The notes under the pieces were generated by a model. The model saw only the letters and a program-made list of their open reading frames with translations, did no database searches and was not told where the DNA came from. A program made the translations under genes and the position numbers. 64,000 bases of DNA, taken from positions 310,001-374,000 of the forward strand of contig JAQGDQ010000212.1 in the NCBI GenBank assembly GCA_030141605.1, read 5' to 3'. The first letter of the stretch is position 1; each line of letters begins with the position of its first letter. Source of the DNA: Tubiluchus corallicola. Its lineage: Eukaryota > Animalia > Priapulida. Of the stretch, positions 54,235-64,000 are shown piece by piece.

Positions 54235-57200
54235 TTAAAATAATGGTGATGTTGTCAGTGGTAAAATTAATCTGATTGCAGCTAGATAAGAACAAGAGTG
54301 CAAAAGAAAGGCTTCCTTGGTCGACCGACTGGCTCTACTGACGAGGATAATTGTCTCATTTAGAGGACAGATATATGTGTAAAGTTCGTCCGGATGACCA
54401 CCATTTCGACTTGGTTTTACGCAGTCGAATGTAGGCTGAATTTTTTTCTCTTCAACTATCCATTCCATTATACAGTTGCAGACAAACTTGGCTTCTGTAA
54501 CAAGAAAGGTTTTAAACCAGGTAATGAGTTGTAAGGAATAAAGATAGTAAATTGAGAAGCAGGATCACTACGCCACAGCTCAAACTAAGCATACAGACAG
54601 ACATACAGATAGACATGAAAATCCTGTATGTCACTAGCTAGCAGGTCAGAAACTGGACATTTTGCTAAATATCGTACCTAGCTGAAAGCGTTCAGTTTTA
54701 TGTACTGTGTTTCCTATCGGTAAAACATGGCAAAAATGTGAAAACTGTAAAAACTAGTTCTCGTTAACGAATGCGTGGTTTGTTTGATATCTCGCACTTC
54801 CTATTATCTGACAATAAATGACAAAACTTATAAGTACCCACTGACGTATGCTGTGGTAACAAGTTTACCACAAATTATCCATACACTCAAAAACATTATT
54901 ATTTAACTGAAATTCAACTGGAATAACTTCCCAGATGTTCGCATGAAACGTGCGCATATCTGAACCTGGTTCAGAAAAAACAATTAATTTAAAGAAAAAC
55001 ACAGTTATATAGGGTGTAAAACAGAGCTTCAGCCTTCAGGATAAAACTGAACAAAGAATTTGATTTTAATATCTAAAGTTATGTTCTCTCGACACATCAA
55101 ATTTTGCCCATAAAGCTTAGCTCTTTATTTTTCCACGTAGACTGTTAAGAACGGTTCCGCGAGAGCACCATGCAGGCGGTGGCACATGAGGGGTGACGAA
55201 TTTATATCATTTTTTTAACATGAAGGGCGACCCGCCAGAACCATGTAACCAAGATATCAAATCGATCGAGCTACTATTGGCAGAGAAATGACCACATGAA
55301 GAAATTGACCTCAAAAGTGGCAAAAATTCGCTATTTTATGGCGTTATTTTAACTTTTTCTCCTGTATAAACTATTATAGATGGGTCGATGTAAGTTGGCC
55401 GGTACATAAACCTAAACATTGTCTTCTGATATCCTAACTTTTTCTGACATACTATTAATAGTATCAGAGAACGGGATTTTTCAAAATCTTTGTTAAGAGT
55501 CCAGGGAGAGGTTAAGTTGTAAGGCTCATAACTCGATCACTGCGGGGCTACAGAACTTCTGGTTTTCATGTATGTGTTAACCATCGTCCTCACTAATATT
55601 ATAAAAAAGAAAATTCGCTCGAGCCTGTTTCAGTATTTAGTACTAGCACTTTAATATTCCACAACAATCAGCAAAATTCGCCTTTTTTGTATTTTTTCTA
55701 TATTTTTTCTATCTAAATGCTGGATTATAAGTGACAAATCTGTATTCCAAATTTCATGAAAACGCACGAGCTGAGATAATATCATGCATGACATTATATA
55801 GAGGGGGCACTGTTAGAAAAACTGCCATATCAACAAACTTTTTTACTTTCCATAGTAATTCCGTCCATGTGTAAAAAGTAGACATACTTGGCTCAGGTCG
55901 TATATGACAGTAAACATTTAGCCACGTTTAACCTGCGTTTTCTGTGACTAGTGCTCTCATTTCCTAGTAGCAATAGATTCCTTTGCCATGGAAATTGCAA
56001 GAAATTTGCGAATTTCATCTTAAATTGGTTTAGTTATGTCGGAATTTTCATATGACTACAAATATGAATAATTGCCTCTTCTGACAGATTTCGGACAGGA
56101 CATCATGCATGCCCCTAGTACTGAGTCCGACCCTGATTCACGGCATTCTCTACACACTGAATCGCTAATGGATATCAGGAAAGACTAAACAATAAGCCAT
56201 CTATTAGAAAAGGAGTACCGATTGTTAAGACTGAGAGTCATTGCTAGCGAAAGAATCTGAAAATTCGGTATATACATGTAAAATAGAAATCTGTTCATTT
56301 TTTATACATCTATTCATTTTTTATACTTTTTATATGAATAAGCTTTATGGCTTTATAGAGAAAGAATTATCGATGCAGGTAGATTAGCACTAGAAGATAG
56401 ATACAGAAATATAGACAAATATATCATGGGGAAAGTGATAAAGCAAAAATCTTACAGTCTAAACATGGGACAATATAAGCGTATGGGCCGCTTCTAGGGG
56501 GATGGCGGTGACATTTAGCTCAGAAAATTTTTCTTCGCCCAAAATTTATTTGTGGCACAAAATCGATACTTCTGTCAAAAAATACTAATAGTGCGATTGA
56601 ATGACTGCGCCAATGGCACAAAAATTTTCGATGTTTTACAGTCAAAAAATCACAGGACAAATGATATTTTGGGGGAAGTCTGTCATATATATTTTAGGCA
56701 TTCGCTCAGATTTAGGGCAATTTTCTTTCTGTCCTGGCTTGTACGCCTATGTAAGACAATGAGTAATAACTAGGCAATAACCTGTACATAACATTTACAA
56801 AGCATAGAAAATAAACAGTACATAAAACATTTTCCAGTCCTTGCAAGAAGCAATTTCGATTCCGTAGATATTTAATTTTTTGAAGATGGAAGCTCTCTAA
56901 ATGCAGTCCAGTGTCTCTAGTACAGGCTAATTGATTCACAATATTCGTTTCGTGCGGATAACTAGCCAGAATACCGCATTTAACGCTGGTAAACAGCCCA
57001 GAAAACGAACATTTTAGTTCAGCAGTGGCCGCCATCTTGAATGCTGGAGGCCAATCCTGTCGGTAGTTTAACCAATGTGCTGGCCAGGCCCCTAATTGCC
57101 AAAGATGAATATTTATGACGTTTTGAAGCATTTTGACTAGATTTGACAACTCATGTTTACCTACACGAAGCTTTTTGATGAACGTTGTTACCTATATTTT

Positions 57201-58524
57201 TACCCTGATATATGCCTCTTTCAGGGGTCATTTACAATAGGGTGGAAATTCGCTCCATCGAAATTGTCACTGCAGCATAGTGGGATGGGATGCTCTATTC
57301 ACATACATATCGATATTTTTGTCCTAGCCCCTGCAGTGGGTGAGATATAAGACTTTGAAATGAGTGAGTATTTGCATCTTGTGCATAACGCGAGCTAGAA
57401 GACCCCCTGTAGAGCCGAAAGAGGGGTGTTTGGGACAAAAGTCGTCAAGTCATTTTGGAGAAGATAACAAGATCCAATACTGTGCAGAGTCAGATCTATT
57501 CAAACACAGTAGTCGCTGCATGACTAATTCTTCAAATATGAGTAAAAAATAGAGAAAAATAGGTAATTTTTCATGAATTTCGGCCTATGCCGTACCTCTG
57601 CTACTATGAGGAGTTGGGCCAAGCGGATTCATATAGTGAATACTAGTGGACCTCATACCCATACCTTTGGTCTCAATCGGTTTACCTAACCTTGTGCCGT
57701 ATTTTTCCGATTTTGCATGGTCTTCTTGTGGACGCGTTCTTAATTCGTTTTACCTTAATTGTTGGCTAGTCTTATAATTTGTGTTTTTAAAATTTGCCCA
57801 AAAAACATGCAGGACAAAGATTTGAAATTATAGTTTTGCTACTAAATTTTCTAGGAATTGCGAATATACCTTTCATTTCTAGGATGACACCTTTTGTTAC
57901 ATTCAGACTTCGAGGTCTTTTAGGAAGATGTATTTTAAAATTGTCAACATCATGTAAACCGGTGTGAGCTATAACAATGTTCTTAATGATTGGGTTTTCG
58001 GAAAGATCTAAGTCTACTTTCTGCAGCCAAGGAGCATGTATTATTTCAAGACGTTCCATGGCTGTCATCTCTTTGAAAGCGTCTGCAGCAATCCACTGAA
58101 GCTTCTCGTTCCACATCAACCTCAGTATGGTAGCTTGAGCACAAATACGCTTTGACTCAAGAGCCTGCAACTTGGATTCAATTATCTCCAATGTACTGAA
58201 ATACTTTTCTACTAGATAACAATACCGAAGTGCATTAGGAAGTATATTGTAAAGCTGCAACTGCTTTGTCTCCCATTTCAAGTTCCTGGCAATTGCATCG
58301 AGGTCTCCACGGCCTAAGTTAACCTTCTTTCCACAGGTCATTTTGCAAGGAAGTCGCATTTCATAGGAACACAGCCGTAAATCTTTACTGCAATTACTTC
58401 CATCGCCCACCTCGTGTATAACATCAGACTCTAAAGACCCTTGGAGAGCAAAACTGGAATAAGATATTGAAAGGCCAACAAAGTGAACAAATGCCATCCA
58501 TAAAATGAACTGCGCATGCAACAT
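54235..58524 (-). CDS. Secreted/putatively GPI-anchored leucine-rich-repeat protein, copy C; 2 exons, 304 aa
   Basis: Exon 1 58524-57870, exon 2 54494-54235; phase 1 intron of 3375 bp. Junction reads LEMKEAKFVCNCIMEWI. Confidence 0.8.
54837..57284. mobile_element. Intronic insertion, putative non-autonomous DNA transposon sharing ends with 23408-25495
   Basis: Same termini as in copy A; unique AT-rich middle ~54970-56620 with no recognisable ORF. Confidence 0.5.
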
Positions 58525-60050
58525 GATGAAACCAGCAAATCAACATTTCAGGGTTGAATTCTGACAGCGATGACTTTAGTTGCCTTTGAGCACGGAAGTG
58601 TGTGCAACACTTAGTGACAGAGAAAACAGCAGTTTTCGAATATTTCGATTTCCTGCGTCATAGTGCAATTGCGACTGATGTAATAACAATTTGAACATAA
58701 AGGTCAAAATACTAAACACAAGAAGCTAGAGAACTGAAATTGAAATATGTAAGTATAATAGCGCGCCCAGACTAGAGAGTTCTTTCGCATCTTAGATAGA
58801 TAGATAGATATTTTATTTCTGAAAATCAAACTTCCAACATGAGAATTACAAACTTGACGCATACCCGGTGGCTTTATCAGCGGGCAGAGCTCCGGTAATG
58901 ATTTCCAGATCATACTAACAATTTGACTCAACATAGTAAAATTGTGACTTTCCAAGTGAAAGGAGGAAACAAGATATTTAATATTTCAAGACAAAGTTTG
59001 CATTTTCTCTAATTTGCATGTTGTTATTACAATCCCTTGACCACACCTTAAAAGAAACCTACGTACAAAACACAACATTAATTAGTGTTTCTATCTATTT
59101 GATGAAAAAATTCTACAAGATTATTCAATAAAACTAAAATAACGAGTCTACGTGAAATTATTTTTCAATAAAAAATATATTATCAACTTCTTTGAAATGT
59201 TGAAATGTGTCTGACTTTTAAAATGTTATGATTCCAACTGAACAAATTCATTAGAAAAGTAAATACCAGTGTCCAAGCGTAAAAAGATAAAAGAATAACA
59301 TCTTCATTTGCGTGGTCTGGAGTACTCAGGTAAACACCTCATTTTGTTCCTTTTGATGATAGCTGCACGGTTTACTAACGTAAGAATTTTTGTTCGCTAT
59401 TAATATCATTAAAATTGGAGTAATTTTTGGAAATTACATTTGCAGGAATCAAACTGTGCTCCTATGATTAGGACATTGGTATAAATGCTGATACGCTAGG
59501 CAATACACGGTTCATCTCGCTATGCGTGGGTGCTGTCATTTACTTTTCTAATAAAGTTTTGTTTCCACAGTAATAAATGTGAATAACTATTTTTCTGTCA
59601 TCATCAATAAACATCAAAGCTAGTGTGAACCACGTTTATACACAAATAAAACGAAATGAAAATCGGAAGCGTGCAAAAATGGTCAGAGTTAATTTATTAA
59701 TAGATACTTGAAACAGTGACCAATTTCACATATTGCTGATAGTGAAAGTCTCAAGAGGATAGGTATGACATAAAAATATTTTAAAAGTATTAAATACGGG
59801 CATTCTAAACGGGCATGCGCTGCAACCAACCGTATTGAAAAGTCTACACACAAGCATCTGTTTGCTCATCACTGAGATCACTGAGTAAACTCATGTCCTA
59901 TAACGAAGCCGTCCTCACTAACTTTTTTGGTGCAAACTCGTGAAACTTGAAACTCTTGAAAAGAACGTTAGAATTTCTTTTTAAAGTTGTGAGTGTAAAT
60001 CTTCAAGCTGAAAAACATCCAGGAATTCTAGCAAAAAACTGTAAATCACA

Positions 60051-61064
60051 ATGTTAAATCTTACAGTGAACTCAACCATCGAAGAATGGCACGAATTTAG
60101 TGAAAGAATAACTCCAAAAGAGATTGTCATGTTTGTTGTAATTGCTCTGGTAGGAGCGTCTACAGCTTTTCTAAATGCCGTGGTTATTATTACTATTTAC
60201 AAGTACCGATGTCTACAAACCTTCCATAACAAGTTATTGGCTAATTTGGCAGCAACAGATTTGATGTGGGGTGTTTTAATTGAACTATTGACAGTTACAT
60301 TTATAGTTAAACCAAAGGCTTCAACTGAGCTTTGTTGTCTACAAGCGTTTTTAGTTGGAACGCTTTTAACTCTGGGTGTAATTTTTCTTACCTCCATTGT
60401 AACGGATCGCTATATTGCTGTTGGTAAACCTATTGATTACCATAAGCTACAAGTGAAACTGAAAGACTTTAGCATCTTTATCGTATCTTCCACAACATAT
60501 TCGCTGTTCGTGGGTGGGCTTTCTGCATCCCAAATAGCAATTAACTATAGTCCAGAAATTTTATGTTTTGACTTTGAACTTATGGTTCATCCCTGGTTTG
60601 CCGTCTTCTTCACAGCACATTACTTTACAGCATTAATTTTTATGATATATGCTTACACAACGATCACCATAAGAGCTCTAAGAAGGCAGAACAAGGTCAA
60701 CACTACTTCACGATCATCAAGAAGTTCTACAGTCGGGTTGCTTGTGCAAGTCAAGGCAGCTAGAATGTCAGCAGTAATCATTGTTTCATCAATGACACTT
60801 ATTGCACCCACTATGTTTCACATGATAATAATCAGCACCACAAAACAGCAGGATCAAAATTTAAACACCGCTATGTTAAAAGGATTGGGTTTCACCTTAA
60901 ACTCGTTACTGAATCCGATTATATATTTCCTGTTCGTGAAAGACTTTCGTCGATGTGTTAGTAAGTTACTCTGTCGAGCGAATGATATCAGTACAGAGGA
61001 CAAAAGCCAAATTTCCCGGCCAGCAACTGTCTCTGTCGTCAAACAGCACAATTCTAAAGCTTAA
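60051..61064 (+). CDS. Intronless class A (rhodopsin-like) GPCR, orphan, 337 aa
   Basis: Seven hydrophobic segments; TM1 Asn (FLNAVV), TM2 NLAATD, Cys at the top of TM3, DRYIAV, ECL2 Cys, NPIIY, helix 8 DFRR; N-terminal sequons NLT and NST. Confidence 0.95.
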   Translation: MLNLTVNSTIEEWHEFSERITPKEIVMFVVIALVGASTAFLNAVVIITIYKYRCLQTFHNKLLANLAATDLMWGVLIELLTVTFIVKPKASTELCCLQAFLVGTLLTLGVIFLTSIVTDRYIAVGKPIDYHKLQVKLKDFSIFIVSSTTYSLFVGGLSASQIAINYSPEILCFDFELMVHPWFAVFFTAHYFTALIFMIYAYTTITIRALRRQNKVNTTSRSSRSSTVGLLVQVKAARMSAVIIVSSMTLIAPTMFHMIIISTTKQQDQNLNTAMLKGLGFTLNSLLNPIIYFLFVKDFRRCVSKLLCRANDISTEDKSQISRPATVSVVKQHNSKA

Positions 61065-61327
61065 AAGCAGAAATGCACGACTCTTAAATCTACACCAGTG
61101 TTGATTGCTGACGCATGCTGTGTTTAAAGCAGTATTTCTTTCTACTGTGACTGATCCTATTCTATAGATAATAGGTAAATCGAAGACCCCAAAGACAGCT
61201 TAGCAACCGCAGAACTGGGGTGTATAACAACCTAACAAATAACAAGGGTGGGAGGACACTTCCTTGAGGCACTCCTGATAGAACTGGGATGGGAAAGGTG
61301 ACGAGGCTCAACTCTCAACTTCGACAG

Positions 61328-62623
61328 TTTTGTTCGCATTGTTTTATAATTCTTGTATCACTCATTGTTTCTTACCAGACTCACTAATGTTATCAGTATT
61401 TGTGCCACTTATTAAAGACAAAAATAGAGATATAGCGGACAGAAATAACTGCAGACTCATCGTTTTATCTTCGGTCTCTAGTAAACTTTTAGAAATTGTT
61501 GTATTGACTCGTTATGCTGATTGGTTACCTGCCACACCCAACCAGTTTGGTTATGTGGAGAATTTGGGTAGTGATGTATTAACATGTTAAAAGAAGTAGT
61601 AGAATATTATATAGACCGCCAGAGTACCGCACATATAATGTTTTTAGGCGCCTCCAAAGCCTTCGATAGAATTAATTATTTTAAACTGTTTTTAAAACTC
61701 ATTGAGACTGAGATGCCAAATGTTGTTGTTCGTTTACTCGTTTTTTATTACACCCATCAAGGCATACTGGTGAGATGGTTCAACTATAACTCTGAGATTT
61801 TTGAAGTTGGAAATGGCGTACGGCAGGGAGGAAAGATGTCCCCTCTTCTGTTTAAATTCTACTTTAGAGAACTTAGTGAAAATCTAGCCTCTAGTAATCT
61901 TGGATGTCAAATTGCAGATATTTATTACAATCATTTGACATGTGCTGACGAAAATTGCCTATTAAGTACCACGATAACTGCTCTGATGAAATTATGTGAT
62001 ATATATGTTGATTATGCAGCAAAATTTGATATTTTAATTAATGTTGACAAAACTAAGCTTCTGACTATAACGCCTTCCAATATGAGCAATTTTGAGTTCG
62101 GAACAGTTAAGTTAGCTGGATCTGTTATTGAGCCTTGTGATAATGAAAAATATCTTGATCACATCATTTCTAGGGACAATAGAGACGATAGAGATATCAT
62201 ACGACAAGTAGGCATTTATTACTCTCGAGCAAATAAGCTATGCCGTAAACACGTCTATTCAACACTTATAGCAATAGCTTCTACTCTATAGATACCTGGC
62301 GGCATTTTCATAATTATAATCTGAACAAACTCAAGGTTGCTCATAATAAATCTATGCGAAAAATTTTCAATTATCAGTTCGATCACAGTGCCAGGGACAT
62401 TTCTGTGACGCATAAATTAGTGTACTTTGATGTTATTTACAGGAAAAGCATTTACAGCCTGAATACTAGAATTTCAAACAGTGAAAACTTGTTATGTAGA
62501 ACAATATTCGGTAGTGATACTTTATTTACTTCCAGTATAAGAAAGATTTGGAGAAAGATATTGTATGCTTAATTTTTACATTGTTGATATTCATTGTATA
62601 TAATGATTGAAGCCAATGCGAAA

Positions 62624-62687
<64 letters not shown>

Positions 62688-62808
62688 TGTAATTTTGTTT
62701 ACTTTGTGAGCTTGTGTGTTTATTTAATTGTATTTTCGTTGTATATATTTTTATGTTGTACTAATATGATATGAACGAAAATTTGAAATAAAGAAGTGAA
62801 TCAAAATA
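61328..62808 (+). mobile_element. 5'-truncated, decayed LINE related to 3000-4777
   Basis: VPLIKDK, ASKAFDRINY, GVRQGGKMSPLLF, NHLTCADE, INVDKTK with frameshifts; 3' region with (TTA)n at 62627-62687 and AATAAA at ~62787. Confidence 0.92.
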
Positions 62809-64000
62809 TTCGAATCTCTCACTTAGCTATCTTTTTATCAATTTATCTCTGAAATATCCTGATGGAAAAAAAGCTAAAATGCGAGCACGTGCAGAAACCA
62901 AGTATGTTGTTGTAACGACATAAATTGTCTTTAATATCTGTAAATTATACTAGCACAATAATATAAAAAAGAAAAATTATCTTCCGAGTCTCTGGCTCAG
63001 ATGAATTTTTGTTTCTTTGTACGAATTTTGCCTCGCTACTTGAGAGAGATATGTGGCTGGGCCTAGCATTAGGATTCATTTCTGACGTTTGATCAATAAT
63101 CTCGTTTACATGACATTATTATGATATTGTGTGTGTTGGTAACCATTAATGCTAGTTGTTTACAATCACTTTCATGATTTGTGTACAAAACATTTGTTTT
63201 ATGCAAGCATTTAGTATAGCTGACACTTCAATATTTGTTGTTGTTGTTGTTGTTGTTCTGCTTTGGCTAGGTTGATAAAATTATAGACATTGTTTATTGG
63301 GCTCTTGCATTTTGCTGGTGTTTACTTATCCTCATACATGGTGTTAAATAGTGCACAAAATATTATTTTGTTATAATAAACGAGAAATTGATAAACCCAT
63401 GATAATTTTATCAAATAATTTGTAAAAATGGCATTTTTCGATGATACATTATGCAGTGCGAAATCATAAAAGCTGAAGACAATCTCAAATTACCACGATG
63501 TGCAGCAGGCCTACCACGAACTTATAAGCCAGTTATGTTATGCACAAAAATACGAGTTTACTCTATTGTTTGATTTTAAATAAATAAACTACTAGAATTT
63601 TATCTTGAACGTAATTTGTTTTCTGCGGTGTAATGCAATACAAAACTTTGTAAATTTACGACTAATTAACATACTGAAATCAAATTATTACAATCCTTTC
63701 TTCAGGTATTCAAATTTGAAAATATGGTGAAGTTCTTTAGTTTTATGAAAAATATACAATCTGATACAAGTGGATTAAATAAACGTCAAGATAAAAAATC
63801 GATTTCTGTTTTACAGAATAATTCCATAATTATCCATGGTTGTTAAATCAGCCTCAAAAATTGTAGGAATTCAACAGCCATCTATGGCATATTTGTATGA
63901 AACAAGGGTCGGAAAGAGAACGCAAGTTATCATGAAAGATGAATTCCATCCAGGTAATAAATTTTTTGAAATGCTCCCCCCTCTGGACATAGATACCTAC

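Larger units (their letters stand above)
46249..58936. repeat. Segmental duplication unit C
   Basis: Colinear with 30002-40967; similarity ends at TTTGACTCAACATAG (58936). Confidence 0.95.

Noticed and set aside
22837-58524. VLR-like somatic assembly locus with donor LRR cassettes
   Set aside because: All three genes are complete in the germline sequence and I found no isolated LRR cassettes in the window.

Overview
AT-rich, intron-containing animal DNA, probably invertebrate; the taxon cannot be determined from the window. I assembled genes by reading splice sites by eye. (1) Two tandem six-exon cytosolic sulfotransferase genes on + (2182-11689, 320 aa; 13620-20429, 316 aa). (2) An imperfect tandem triplication (~21.1-28.2, ~30.0-41.1, ~46.2-58.9 kb). 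Each unit carries a two-exon minus-strand gene for a ~300-aa protein: signal peptide, Cys cap, LRRs, LRRCT and a hydrophobic tail resembling a GPI signal. Paralog differences concentrate in coding hot spots. (3) In the second and third units, a four-exon minus-strand gene absent from the ORF track, encoding a ~100-aa protein with an N-terminal hydrophobic segment and no family I recognise; its two coding differences between copies are both synonymous. (4) A decayed Ty3/gypsy element with Gmr1-type order (SCAN-like Gag, CCHC, PR, IN, RT) between units 2 and 3. (5) An intronless class A GPCR (60051-61064) head-to-head with the last LRR gene. The rest is LINE fragments, MITEs, a probable solo LTR and mini/microsatellites. 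All family calls rest on motif recognition; no database search was run.
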